45,322 nt of DNA from Blastocystis sp. subtype 4. Lineage: Eukaryota. The notes under the pieces are model-generated. The model saw only the letters and a list, made by a program, of their open reading frames with translations, was not told where the DNA came from and did not search any database. This document shows, piece after piece, positions 11,985-24,700 of the stretch. A program made the translations under genes and the position numbers. Positions within the stretch are counted from its first letter, which is position 1, and the number at the start of each line of letters is the position of its first letter. The DNA is taken from assembly GCF_000743755.1 (NCBI RefSeq), contig NW_014569497.1:1-45322 (forward strand), in the 5' to 3' direction.

Positions 11985-13273
11985 ATGGAACTGCAAGACA
12001 ATCTCTACAAACTCCAAGAGAATTTGCTAAAGCTGCAAGAAAAGTACGACTATCCAGTTGAAGACTTGCGAGATGTATCTTATGCCATCTCCATTTATGA
12101 TACAGATTCTCATCAACTGCAATTTGGACTTGTCAATGGCTTGTACAGTGTGTGCTCAAATGGGAATCAAAACTAAAACAACTCGCAAACGGAAGAAGGA
12201 TAAGCAACCTCCGGACCGGATGTTTCATGAGATGGGTCCGTATGATGAGTAAGGATCTTCCTACTCAGTTCTATCTAGTCCTGATATTCAAGAGCTACAT
12301 TCTATATTTCCAGATAAATCTGTGGAGACATTGGCCTCCTTATATTGGGATAATGGTAACAATTTGACGAAAACCGTCAATAAGATTTTAGGAAGCAATT
12401 CCAGTATGTTTCCTATTAACTAGAATAAACTCTAGTTTACGTTCCAGATTCGCCTACTGTTGAACTTGAGTATCTGAAGTTGAAGTATTCTTTTCTGCCT
12501 GCTGAGTTGGTTACAGCTACCTTTATTCGTTGTCGCAATGATTTCGAGAAAACTGTGAAAACTATAGAGGAGGAAGATAAAGAAGCTATTCAGTTGCACT
12601 CTGTGGAGTTACATACATTCATGCAAAAATATGGCCGCTACAAGCATCGGTATGTTGTTGAACAGTATGAACGTTCTATTCCTCGAATTACTATTTCAGT
12701 CGAGGATTCAATGTCTGAAAAAGCTGCTACTGTATCGATTCCTTCATCTATGAGAAAGGGATTAACTGAGAGAAAGCAGGCTGGAGAGCATCTTCGGAAT
12801 CTACGTCTCCTTCACTGCCGGCGAGCGGAGGAAGCACGTGGATATGGAAAGTATCTCACAGGTACCTTATCTGCTGTACGTTTGTGACTATCGTATAATC
12901 TAGATGGAACGGGAACATAGAGAATATGAAGAGAAGAACAATGAATCGGCAACAACCATTTTCCAACTCCATAATGGATCTCATTCTCTTGAAGAGTTAA
13001 TTGATCAGTAATATGTTCATTCAATGAATAAGGAATAGAGGTCATAGTGTTGATTTTCATGGATTGCAAGTGAAAGAGGTTGAACAGTACATGAATCGAA
13101 TTTTCTCCTATCTTGAAAAGAAGTCTGGACGAAGACGGGTTACTATCATTACTGGTTCAGGGAATCATAGTCGCAACTTCATTTCACCTGTTCGGAATTA
13201 TGTGAAAGCACGACTGGAGTCTGCTCATGTTCCTCATGTCTTTGAAGGAGGGCAAGTAACGTTTTCCTATTGA
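11985..13273 (+). CDS. CUE-domain and Smr endonuclease (Cue2/N4BP2-like)
   Basis: C-terminal Smr: VIDFHGLQVKE...VTIITGSGNHS; two CUE-like segments (EDLRDILINCNLDLSMAC; YLKLKYSFLPAELVTATFIRCRNDFEKT). Confidence 0.75.
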
Positions 13274-13304
13274 GAGTGTTTGGAAGAGAACAAATAGAAC
13301 TACA

Positions 13305-14400
13305 CTAAGCCAAGAATATTAGGAAGAAAATGATAAAAAAGATGAGGACCCCAAACAACTTCATTATCAGACTTCGATTACTGAAACTAGACATAAGATC
13401 TTTATCCATCTCGTACACATTCTGACCATATTTTACAATCTCTTGATAACCCATATTCACATTGACTTCGGCTGCATCAAGATTATCATCCAGACGATCA
13501 ATCATTTCGCCTTGTTCTGTGATCATTGTGCTTAAACGCTCAAATATGCTTCCTAATTCCGTCATATGGGCTTCAATGTCCTGGACTGCTTGTGCCCGTT
13601 CATGTAAATAATCGTTCGCAATCACATCGCTTGTCTGGATTGCAAAGTTATTTGAAGGAGTCTACAATCCATTTCTCTCTATGTGCTTACCACATTATTT
13701 GGTCGAGGTAATAACTTAGTCCGTTCATCACTTGTATCTTTATCGCTTCCCATAAGTGGAGACTAGATGAAAGGCAAAGAAGGACAGTTACAGTACTCGA
13801 TTGATAGACAATGGGTTTTCCTAGTAAAGCAGGTGCAGAAGGACCAAATTTTTGCCTTCTTTTGTCTGTCTCTTGCAGATTCTCATGACGAGTCTAGATA
13901 ACAAGAAGAACTCTTCTCTTACCTCCAAAACTTTTCTAAAGTCCTTGGTTGTTCCCATCAGCTCTTCCTTTAACACTTCGACAACACCTTGATCATACTC
14001 TCGACTCTGTGCAGATGCGTATTTTTGCATTCGGACGAATTGCTAAGAAAAATTGCACTGAGTTGGTATTACATACTTCCAATTCTTCTAACTCGGCATT
14101 GATGCTTGTAATATCTTGCTTAATCGACCCTGTTAGTTGATTAATCTCTGCTGATTTGTCATCGAAGAGACTCTTCCTTCTTACAACTAGAAATAAACAA
14201 GAGAAGCTGAAAATACGATCTGTTAGACGTTGCAATTTAAGAGTTGTTTTACTAACTCTATTCGACAATGAAGCTGTTACTCTGGAGAATTTGGAGACAG
14301 AAAACTGAGGAGGAGACATCGGTACTCCAGAAGGAGCTGTAGTTCGCATCTGGGTATTGGTAGCCAATTTGAACTCTTCTGTCCTATCAATATACGCCAT
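13305..14400 (-). CDS. STX5: Syntaxin-5 (Sed5) Golgi Qa-SNARE
   Basis: N-peptide IDRTEEF, KSLFDD, SNARE motif RAQAVQDIEAHMTELGSIFERLSTMITEQGEMIDRLD, C-terminal TM helix. Confidence 0.92.
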
Positions 14401-14509
14401 CACTTTCCTGTTAAAGAATCGGATTGAATTCCAGAAATCAGCCCTATTTTCGTGGCTTTTATTCTTGCTTTCATTTCTTTTCTTTCTCTACTTAAAAGGC
14501 TTTTATACT

Positions 14510-15319
14510 ATGGGTGAACGTAAAGTAGTGAACAAGTTCATTCCTTGGGATTTCGATCCCGACAAGGTAGCGAAGGTGAAGCTATCCAACATCGGACAGT
14601 TCAGTGTCCGTATGATGCTTCCATTTACTGTTCGATGTAATAGTTGTGGTGAGTTTATGTATGCTGGAAAGAAGTTCAATACCCGAAAGGAGAATGCAAA
14701 TGGTGAGGACTATCTTGGGATTCCGATTCAACGGTTCTATTTTAAGTGTGTAAACTGTGGAGGTGAGTTTGCGATCAAGACCGATCCAAAGAATAGTAGT
14801 TATGTTGTGGAGTCGGGAGCTACCAGGAATTCAAACATTCAACTAAATGAACGGCAACAAGAGTTGGAGGATCAACGGAAGAAGGAGGAGGCGGAGTCAA
14901 TGGATGCAATCAAAGCTTTAGAGAACCAAACAGAGGAAATGAAGCGAGAAATGGATATATATGACTCTCTGGACCTAATTCTAGCACAAACCCGCAAAAC
15001 GATGAATACGGATCCTGAAGATGCAATTGAGATTTTACGACAACGAGAAAAGATAAAGAAGCAGAAAGAACTAGAAGCAGAGGAAGTGGAGCGAGAAACC
15101 AAGGATCAGGAGGAATTACAGGACTACTTAAAGGCAAAAAAGGATCAAGAAATCCAAGACAGCGAAAATGCCTTTATCAATGCTTTTGCAAAGATTCCGA
15201 AAGCGTCGGTCAAACGCTGCTCTGAGGAGACGAAAGGGTCAGCAGGGACAGATGCCCCACCATCTAAAGGCCATAAAGTAGTATTAAAGAAGAAGAAAGT
15301 TGTCATAATCCCTAAGTAA
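14510..15319 (+). CDS. YJU2: Splicing factor YJU2 (CWC16/CCDC94)
   Basis: MGERKVVNKFIPWDFDP, VRMMLPFTVRCNSCGEF, YLGIPIQRFYFKCVNC, KTDPKNSSY; intronless; motif TGTTTGTT at 15323. Confidence 0.95.
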   Translation: MGERKVVNKFIPWDFDPDKVAKVKLSNIGQFSVRMMLPFTVRCNSCGEFMYAGKKFNTRKENANGEDYLGIPIQRFYFKCVNCGGEFAIKTDPKNSSYVVESGATRNSNIQLNERQQELEDQRKKEEAESMDAIKALENQTEEMKREMDIYDSLDLILAQTRKTMNTDPEDAIEILRQREKIKKQKELEAEEVERETKDQEELQDYLKAKKDQEIQDSENAFINAFAKIPKASVKRCSEETKGSAGTDAPPSKGHKVVLKKKKVVIIPK

Positions 15320-15362
15320 ATCTGTTTGTTAATCATTCCTTTTCTGTGGATCTGATCCTATT

Positions 15363-15887
15363 ATGAGTTCGGACAAAGAAGAGTATTCTCTCTTTGCTGC
15401 CAATGGAGATGTCGTTTATATTGAAGATGAGTGGAAGGAAGGGGAATCCAAAGATATTAAGTTGCCGTTCAATTTGCAGTGCTGTAGTTGTAACAAGGTT
15501 ATGAAAACAGGAACAGTTGTGACTGCTTCATTCCAGAAAGATGAAGATGAGCGACGACTGGAACGAATCCAATGTACTATATGTAAATATGTGATTGATA
15601 TGATATTTGATGAAGTTGATGAGTTGATGAAGATGGTGGGTGGGAAAGTGATAAAGAATATGGATGATATGATTGTGTCAGATGATGAAATGATCGATAC
15701 AGATAGTTCTGACGAAAAAAAAGAAGAGGTCAAAACACAACCAGAGAAAGAGGACAAGGAGAGTCCAAAGAAAGAATTCAAGGTATTGCCCACAATCGAG
15801 AGACCCACATCATTCTCTATTAACGGGATGAAAGTCACAATCAAATCGAAACGACCTGCCGCTTCCAAAAAACATCGAGCTCATTGA
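15363..15887 (+). CDS. Hypothetical Zn-ribbon protein, divergent YJU2-like
   Basis: KLPFNLQCCSCNKVMKTG...RIQCTICKYVIDM echoes the YJU2 Zn domain; intronless; TGTTTGTT at 15890. Confidence 0.6.
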   Translation: MSSDKEEYSLFAANGDVVYIEDEWKEGESKDIKLPFNLQCCSCNKVMKTGTVVTASFQKDEDERRLERIQCTICKYVIDMIFDEVDELMKMVGGKVIKNMDDMIVSDDEMIDTDSSDEKKEEVKTQPEKEDKESPKKEFKVLPTIERPTSFSINGMKVTIKSKRPAASKKHRAH

Positions 15888-15945
15888 ACTGTTTGTTTGA
15901 AAAAAGAGTCATAACACTAAAGGATTCAGAAAAGGAGGAAAACAG

Positions 15946-16633
15946 CTAAATAGTAGGAGATGGAGGCATATCCAAACTCCAAAAATTAGGTGGTGTATTA
16001 TCAAATGTAACTGACTTCAATTCCTTAGGAGGAGCAGATTTGATAGGAGTGATACAAGACAGTGACTTCTTAAAAAACCGGTAAAGACTTTCCTGATGTT
16101 GTTGTTTCTATTCACTGAATCCAATTTCATTCTACTACATCGACCTCAGAATGTTCACGTTTTGTACCTCCACCTCTTCGGTTTAATAAAACAGGACTAA
16201 TAAGAACATCTGGAGTCGTTGGTACTTCTTCCGTCTTGATGGACTCTGTTATAGAAGTAAGCCTGGTTGGAGGATCAATAATTTGCCTCTGATCAGGTTT
16301 CGGTTCGGTTGTCACAGTAGGAAGGAGAAGATAAGAGTAATCCAAAACCATCGAGTCATCATCATCCACTTCATCACTCAAATTCCCAGATTTCACTTCC
16401 ACCTTCTTTGGTGCTGTCAATTCTTCTGATATCGAAGTAGGTGAAACAACAACACACTCATCTAGTCTTATTAGAAAGATGGAGATAATTACTATCAGAT
16501 TCTACTAAATCTACGAGTGATTGATGACCCTTTGAATTCTACCTTCTATTTTGCTAATTGCTTCATCAATAAGAATATCAATTTTTCGTTTCAACTCTAT
16601 CCTCAAATGATTGAGAGCATCTCTCTTGCTCAT
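15946..16633 (-). CDS. Orphan ~197 aa protein with PIP box and CtIP/Sae2-like C-terminal motif
   Basis: Three 31-32 nt introns give an open frame MSKRDALNHLRIELKRKID...QQHQESLYRFFKK...FDNTPPNFWSLDMPPSPTI*. Confidence 0.65.
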
Positions 16634-16724
16634 CTCCACAAATAATAGAAAATGGTACTGTTAAATCTGAATGTATATCGTCTGAAAAATGAAAAAAACA
16701 TTTGACAAGTGACTTCGGCAGAAA

Positions 16725-17665
16725 ATGGTAACTTCTTTTGTGGATATCCCATATAGAATGAACAGCTTTTACAATCTCCTGAAGATTCGCATACAGATCT
16801 AGGAACTCAAGATGAGGACATAGTCGTGATCAAAGAGCTGAAGAAGTCGTATCAGCTTCAAGATGGAAGAGATATCCCTGTGTTAAGGAATATTACATTA
16901 GATAATTCGGTGTCATCGTTTCCTATTAAGAAGGGGGAATTCCTAATTATTCGTGGTCCTAGCGGAAGCGGCAAAACAAGGTAGAGAGAGTTTTCAGATG
17001 TACATGTAGTCTCTTAAACATCATTGGGACCATTGACAAACCCTCCTCAGGATCCTTGTTTCTATTTGGAAAAGAAATCTTGCCAAGTTCTGAAGATAAT
17101 GAATTGGCAGCAATTCGATTGTGTCATGTAGGAAAAGATGATGCATAAGATACAGCTTGGATTCGTATTCCAGACGTTTAACCTGATCTCAACTCTCACA
17201 TCTGTTGAGAATGTCATGCTCCCCATGCAACTCGCAGGGAAACTATCGAAGAAGGAACAGACAGAACGAGCAATTCAGCTCCTTATCGATGTGGGACTTC
17301 AAGACCGTATTTACCACCTTCCTTCCGAGCTCAGTGGTGGAGAACAACAGAGAGTTACCATTGCGAGAGCCATGGCCAATAACCCAGAACTTCTCTTGCT
17401 GGATGAGCCCACAGGAGATCTCGATAGTAAAACAACAATTGAAGTGATGAATATCCTCTTAGACTTGAATCGTGTATGTATGAATCCCTAAGTTAAGTAT
17501 AAGAAAGGAGTAACTATGGTGATGGTCACTCACAACCCGGATTTAGAGTGTTATGCCAATCGAATCCTCTACATTCACAATGGGCTTATAGAAAAGCAAA
17601 TCATCAACACATACCAGTGCCAGTACTTTCCGGAAGAGTATCAAGAGAAAGTCAATGCCAAATAG
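16725..17665 (+). CDS. Stand-alone ABC ATPase, LolD/MacB-like
   Basis: Walker [19 protein letters not shown], signature [14 protein letters not shown], Walker [18 protein letters not shown]; no TM domain. Confidence 0.88.
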
Positions 17666-17736
17666 AACAAATGTTTGTTCATTATCAGATTCGTTATTGG
17701 TTACTCAACTGAAATTGTAGCTAATCTGAACGCCCC

Positions 17737-20534
17737 ATGGAAACCCTGAAGCAGGTATCCGAGAAAGCTTTTCATTTCTTAAACCGGAATGAAAAACAGT
17801 CTAGTTGTTTGAATTGTGTAAGTAACCTGTGACCATTTCATTTGCAGATTGGAAACCCATTTCCAGACATTGATTTTGAAGATAAGGCAGTTGTCGATAA
17901 TTTTCTTGAGAATGATATTGTACTAGATGGGTAGTGTTGTCATTACTATAGTTTCCGAGACTGGATAAGATGCTCCAGCAACCGAATCCTACACTTAGAA
18001 AGAAAACTCTGATTCTGCTTCGTGGGTACTGTACCTTGGGTAGGTTCATTAGAGACTACTGAAGTAGATGATTCGGTTATTCCGTATTCTACCATCATTA
18101 AGTGCGGACTAATTAATCGTATCCTCCCTTTTTTGGGATCCACATATCCGGCTGTGATCAATTTCAATGCAGTTTGGATTCTCGTCAATATCTTAACTCA
18201 TGTAGAGTCTGAATTATTAATTGGTTTCATAAGCAGATTCTTTCATGATATACCGATCTTCGATATCATCCCTCAGATTATCACACTTCTGAGTCGTTCA
18301 AGGGAAAATGCTATTTGCAGTTGTTGTCTATGGTGTTTAAACAACATTATCGAAGTGTCTGTGGATTATGTACCAACAATTCTGGGTTATAACTTCAACT
18401 CTGTGATAACCCATCTTTCAGGAGTATTCTTTCTTTGTTCTCATGATTCACAGAAAGAGCATGATATCATGTTTCAGCTCCTGCTTCTGAATTTCATCAC
18501 TCTGGCAATTCGTGACTCTGCCTCTTCTTTTAATGGATTCCAGCGTGTTATTGATATATTTCCTCTTCTTTCATGGTTATTCGATATCAAGATTACAGGT
18601 GCATCATCCGATCTGGAAGAACGCCTCTTATCAATGCTTCTCTATATCTGTAACTCATTCCAACGTCCTATGCAGATCGAAGTACTCATTATTCATCTCA
18701 TCTAATTCAGATGCTGTTACGACAAAATGCCTTCAATCAGCTCCGAGAACAATTGCTCGAACTTTCTGGATCTCAATTATTCGTAGCACTCACTGTTTTT
18801 CGAATTCTGTCTCAGTATGGTGTGACAGAGGAGTTTCAACCTCTCTTCACTCCATTGATACCAATTCTTCATTTGATTATTCGGTACTGTATGAAGTTTC
18901 ATGTTAGTCAAGGTAATTCCACAAATCCTACCGATTTTACACATGATGTCTTGTATTGTTCGCTTCAGATTCTTCTCAATTTGACTCACACGAATGATTT
19001 AATGGTTCCAGTAGGTTTGAGAAGAGTCCTTCAATTACAGACACTACTATCATATCATGTGTACGATACACTCGTTCTTTTCATTCATCATCCCTCGTAC
19101 TCAAATGACTGTATTTCAACTCAGTTTGCTGTGTCCATTCTCTGTTATTCTGTCCTGATAGCTACAGAACAGAACGTATTTCTTGATATTCTCATGATAC
19201 ATAGTTGTATTTCCTTGGTGAGACAGATGTTATGACTTCATTAGGATGGATGTTGAGTCGTCTCTCTCGTAAACTGTTTTCGTTTATCAGTGATGATCAT
19301 GAGACTTCCTTTTTACCTCCTGAAGTGCCTATGACCTTGGATATGGTGAATAAGGATGAGATCCTTCAGAATATTACTGTATCTCTTATTGAAGATATTG
19401 TTGTGAATGTGGTTCGAGATGCAGAAGATCGTGAAGAGATAGTCACACAAGCTGTGGCTAATCTTATTGACATCTATTTGGATTCAAAGAATGATCAGAG
19501 AGAGTATTCTCGTGAAGATGAAATTCTGGTGAAAGAAGTAGTTGAGGAGATGATTGATGGAATCACAGAAATGGTGTGTGAAGAACCTTCAGAACCCATT
19601 ATCATTGAAACTGCTAATGATACTGCTAATGATACTGCTAATGATACTGCTAATGAAACTACCAATGAAACTAGTGAACTGTCGGAATCGATCGCTTTGT
19701 GTGAATTAGTACTCTTAGCAATGAATCGCCTAGTAATAGTAAGTTGAGTTTGAGTGAGTTGAAGAATAGAAAGGTCAACGGATGGTTGCAACTCAATATG
19801 CCAATTATAATAAGTATTTTCGTCAATTACAAACACATCCTGATATTCAGTATCTTCTCTCTCATTTTGTAACTCCTTCATCTGTTGTATTCATATGGAA
19901 TCGTCTTTCTCTTATTCTTAAAGGCTATCGTTTTAGTGATATGGAATGGAATGATGTGTTTGGATGTGATATGATTGATCGAGTGACCTGCATTCGATAC
20001 GAAGATCTTAACCATCTGACTGTGATTCAACAGGAAACAGGAAATGGTTTATATCCTGGAGGTGAATTGAAACGCTATTTCTCTTTCCGAAATAAACCTG
20101 TGAATGAATGTTATGTGATATCAACAAATGAAGCTTCTTTAAGAGGAGTGTATGGAACAAGAAATGAAGATGAATCTGACGAGTTTATACCTGTGTTCTC
20201 TCATAGTGCTAAGTTACCATTAGCAAAAGGGATTGGTCATCATCCTTCACAGAGTCTGCTCTCACATTGTTCTTCTCCTATTATGACACGACCTTCATTC
20301 GGTCGTAAGGAAGACATGTGTTATCTTACTGGCTTACATATCCCTACACCTCTGGGTGTAAGAGCCACTCCGTTAGCTCCTTATACTGAAGGAAGAGAAG
20401 AATCAATTTCAGTTCTTGGGGAATCGCTTAGTATACAACGATCTCAAGAGTATGATCGATGGAACAATGAAGGAGGATCCGTATTAGAAAGGAAAGGTCA
20501 TCGTCATACTCTTTACTCTGTGTCCATGGAATAA
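17737..20534 (+). CDS. Large ARM/HEAT-like helical repeat protein
   Basis: Importin-alpha-like segments (IIKCGLINRILPFL..FNAVWILVNI; CLWCLNNI); several short introns; TAA 20534; TGTTTGTT at 20552. Confidence 0.55.
19610..19678 (+). repeat. 12-bp coding tandem repeat (ACTGCTAATGAT)n encoding TAND/TANE/TTNE
   Basis: Visible in the sequence: about 5 units, the last ones degenerate. Confidence 0.9.
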
Positions 20535-20613
20535 GCGTGTGTTGCATAGTCTGTTTGTTTAAACAGAGGTATCTAGAAACACGATTCTACTAACAAATAG
20601 CACACAAAGATAT

Positions 20614-21515
20614 TCATTCCATTGGAGGTTTCATCCGATTAGATAACTCAGCCAATAAACTTCGTTTTGGAAGATCAGAAGGATGCAGAATACGGATCGA
20701 GTCCACTGTCTCTTGGTTCTTGCTCATATACAACATATCCAGATTGCTGCGAACAAAGTTCTCCATTTGCTCAATCATCTGACCAAGATTCTGTAAATGA
20801 TCCTCGTCCGTTGTATACTCCATAATGGAAGAGGCCTGACGAGTTAATGATCCATTTTGCTTCACTGTTCCAACAGTGGCATTCTGAAGTGTCAAGAACA
20901 GTTGAATGGAAGTGGTTAAACGATATTCTGCCCTCTTTCCATTCTCGTCTGGAATAACTTCTACTAGATGAAATGAATGCCAAGAGCCTGAAGTCCCAAC
21001 TCCAGATTCATCATATACCTCTTCACATGATCTCTCAATAACTCTACCTACCCTTTAAGATAAGAAAACAACCACAGATATTAGCGCCATTATTCCACAT
21101 ATACACTGACGATACACCTCCATCATAATACCTAGATGACAAACCAAAGATACAAGTACATTTCTCGATATTTATCAAATAGAAAGTTTGCCTTCTCCTC
21201 CAACTCTCGAGTTTCGGGAGGAGGATAGAATCCTTCTGAAGAAGGAGGACAATACTTGTTAGACCAAGGAGACCTATTGATTAAGCAAGAAAGAATCTGG
21301 ATTTACCTATATGACTCTCCATTAGAGTTGAAATCACTGAGAATAAACTCTTTCTTGCTCTCTTCATCGTATCCTTTTGTTAAGGGGAACTCGAGATGCT
21401 GGAGTAGTTCACTTGAAAGGTCTTCTCTCAACAATGCAATGGAACGGAATGTTGACTCAACTTCCTCTGGGGGGAGTCTACGAAATAGATTCAATGCAGA
21501 TTTCATAGGATCCAT
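20614..21515 (-). CDS. CAPZB: F-actin capping protein beta subunit
   Basis: SALNLFRRLPP, FILSDFNSNGESYRSPWSNKY, GGVSSVYMW, GSLTRQ, HLQNLGQMIEQMENFVR. Confidence 0.92.
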
Positions 21516-21724
21516 CGTGAATCGAAGACAATCTGGGGCGTTGAAAGGAAGCAAACAAGCAGAGAAGCGGTTCTTTTTATCATTTGGCGGTGGTTAGATA
21601 GGCAATGGAATCGGAATTCCCTAAAACAAACCAATTCTTCCCCTTTCTTTCCAATCGTTTTTCTGTTCATTGCCTCTTTGGTTGAGAGTTCTTTTTTCGT
21701 TTTCTAGTTTGAAACCGATTTTTC

Positions 21725-24700
21725 ATGGATACTGAAACGAAAAAGAGAGAACACCATGCCCCTCGAGCTGGAAGTAAGGCAAATAAGAAGAAAGCTGTTC
21801 GAAATAAGAAGTTGGGTATTACTCCTCAGCCAAAAAGTACTCATCCTGGAGTATGACTCGTTTTGTGAGTTGTGACCTATTAGGCATTCAGTGTGAATTC
21901 TGCAGTCAGTGCACATCGTTCGATCCAACGAAATCTCGATCGTGGATATAAGAAGGTCCATGCGCCGATTGCAAATCGTTCTGCTGGAACGAATCCACCT
22001 ATGGTTATTGTTGTTATGGGTCCACCAAAAGTTGGAAAGACGACTCTTATTAAGGTATTCTGTGGTTCTTTGAGTTGATTTTAGTCGTTGATCAAGAAGT
22101 ATACGAAACAGACATTGACAGATGTCCGTGGTCCGATTACCGTTGTTAGTGGAAAGAATCGTCGTCTCACCTTCATTGAATGTCCTAACGATATTTCGGG
22201 GATGATTGATGTTGGGAAGATTGCTGATTTAGTTCTTCTGATGGTGGATGGTAGTTTTGGCTTTGAGATGGAAACGTTTGAGTTTCTAAACGTCCTTCAA
22301 ACACACGGGTTCCCTCGTGTCTTAGGCGTTGTGACCCATCTCGATGCCTTTAAGGAGAACAAGACTCTGAAGACCACCAAAAAGGTCTTAAAGAATCGTT
22401 TCTGGACAGAGATTTACCAAGGAGCAAAAGTGTTTAACATTCCTGGTCTCAGTAATGGAAAGGTGAGATTGATGGATTGGATTTATTTCTAGTATCCCAA
22501 AGCTGAAATTACGAATATTTGTTTGTATATAAGTCGAATTAAGACTCGTCCTTTGACATGGCGTAACTCCCATCCTTTTGTCTTGGTAGATCGTTTGGAA
22601 GTATATTTGAGAAATGGGATTAAGATTTAGGATATAACAGATCCTAAACGAATTGATGCTGATGTTGATTGTACTCGTGATGTTACTTTGTGAGTACTCA
22701 TATCATATTTGATATGTAGATATGGATATGTTCAAGGATGTAACCTAAAGAAATCACAATCTATTCACCTTCTTGGTGTGGGTGATTTCTCTATCAAGTC
22801 ACTAGATCGACTTCCAGATCCTTGTCCTTTGCCTGAAAAAGATCCAGAGAAGAAAGGTCGTCGTAAATTGAATGAGAAGGAAGTGTTACTCTATGCTCCT
22901 ATGTCCAATGTTGGTAAGATTCTGTATGATAAGGATGCCATGTAAAGGATTTCTGAAGGATTGATTGTAGGTACATTCATCTCCCTTCTCTCCATTTCAC
23001 AGATGAGAAATCTGACCTTGTTCAACAACACACAGTAGACATGCAACAGTCAGCTTCAGATCAGCCTTGTCATTTTTATAAATCTGTTATGATCTTTAGT
23101 GAGTGAAGGTGTTCAGATGGTACGTGACCTCCAGCAACTTCAAGACGATATTGAAGATAAGCTTCATCATTCAACAATGTCCTTGTTCAAGAACAGGTAA
23201 GTGAGGATGAAGAGTTATGAGGATTAGCAAGGCCTTTACGGGAGCTGAAGTGCAGGATTTGAATGTGTTCGGATCTGAGAGTGGATCTGTGGATGTTGTG
23301 AAAACAAAGATGCCTATGGAGGAGAAGGTGGAAGTTGGTGATCGTGTAAGACGCCGAGCTGTCTTTGCGAAAAGTGATGAAGAGATGCTTGGAGGTGATG
23401 AGAGTGATGAAGAAGAGGTGATGCATTATCAAGAAGAGGGTGATAGTGAGGAAGATGAAGAGAATGAGGATGGTGAGGAGGAAGAGAGTGAGGAGGATGA
23501 GGAAGAGAGTGAGGAAGAGAATGAAAATGGTAAGGAAGAGAATGAAGAGGAGGAGGAAGAAATGAATGAGAATGAAGAAGGTGAGGAAGAGGAAACAATC
23601 AAACAAGACAATGATGATGAAATGTTAATGGAAGAAGAGAGTGAAGAGAATGAGACTCCTACTGCTCAACAACCTGACGTTACTCATGAGAGTGATTTAC
23701 GTTGGAAAGAGAATCTGTTTTATCGAGGTGAAGAAGAGTTGACTAGAAGACGTGTATTTAGTAACAATCTGATGCAATTGGTGTATGGAGAAGGAGATCT
23801 TCAAGATGAAGAAACAGATATGGTTGTTCCTGAAGAAGAAGTGTCAGACGATGAATTCTTCCATCCAAAGCAAACCTCTCCTATGGAATTGAATGAAGCA
23901 GCCAAGAAGAATCGACTCATGGATACGTTGGATAGTGAGAAATTGGACATTTATCCTGCTGTAAAGCATGACTGGAATGATGAATCGTTTGTTACCAAGT
24001 TTAAGAATCATTTTGTGACTGGAGTATGGGGCGATCAATTGAGTAGTGAGAGTGAAGAGGAAGAAAGTGGAGAAGATGATGATGCTATTGTAGACCTAGA
24101 GAATCAAGAAGAAGAAGAGAATAGTGAAGTAAGTGAGGAGAATGAGGAGATGGAAGAGGAAGGTGTTCAGGATGAAATTCTCTCTGAAGAAGGATCTGAT
24201 CATTCTCAGGTTCAGTACAATTCGATTGAAGAGGAACGAGAAGCTAATGCTCAGAAGAAGGCAGCTTCACGTGCTATGAAGGAAGCAAAGGAATTAGAAG
24301 ATGCTGAGATTAGTTCTGAAGATGAAAAAGGTCCAAAGAAGAAGGAGAAGAAGGAGAAAGAAGAAGATTACTTTGATTTGATGAAGCGAAAACGAGCTGA
24401 ACAAGAAGAGAAAGCTCGAAAAGAATTTGAAGATGTACCTCAAGCAGAGAAGGATCTATTGGTAGGTCTTCCAACAGGCACATACTGTCGTATTCTGTTA
24501 GAGAATGTTCCCCCTGCATTTATCCGTCTTGCTCGTCCTGAGACACCAATTATTGTGGGGGGTTTATTAGAGAGTGAGGAAGCGATTGGGATGGTTCGTG
24601 TAGGCTATCTGACTCATATTATGATCCTTAGGTTCGGATAAAAAAACACCGTTGGCATCGACGTATTCTCAAATCTAATGATCCTCTTATCATCTCGTAT

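Noticed and set aside
14357..14509. Hydrophobic N-terminal extension on the YJU2 ORF
   Set aside because: The conserved start MGERK is at 14510; upstream is promoter sequence and antisense STX5
17755..17799. Possible U12-type intron (GTATCC...TTCTTAAAC...CAG)
   Set aside because: Donor lacks the TT of GTATCCTT, and the 45 nt read through in frame, so it is probably exon
23187..23611. Antisense hydrophobic, His-rich and Ser-rich ORFs
   Set aside because: Shadows of the GAA/GAG-rich acidic linker of BMS1
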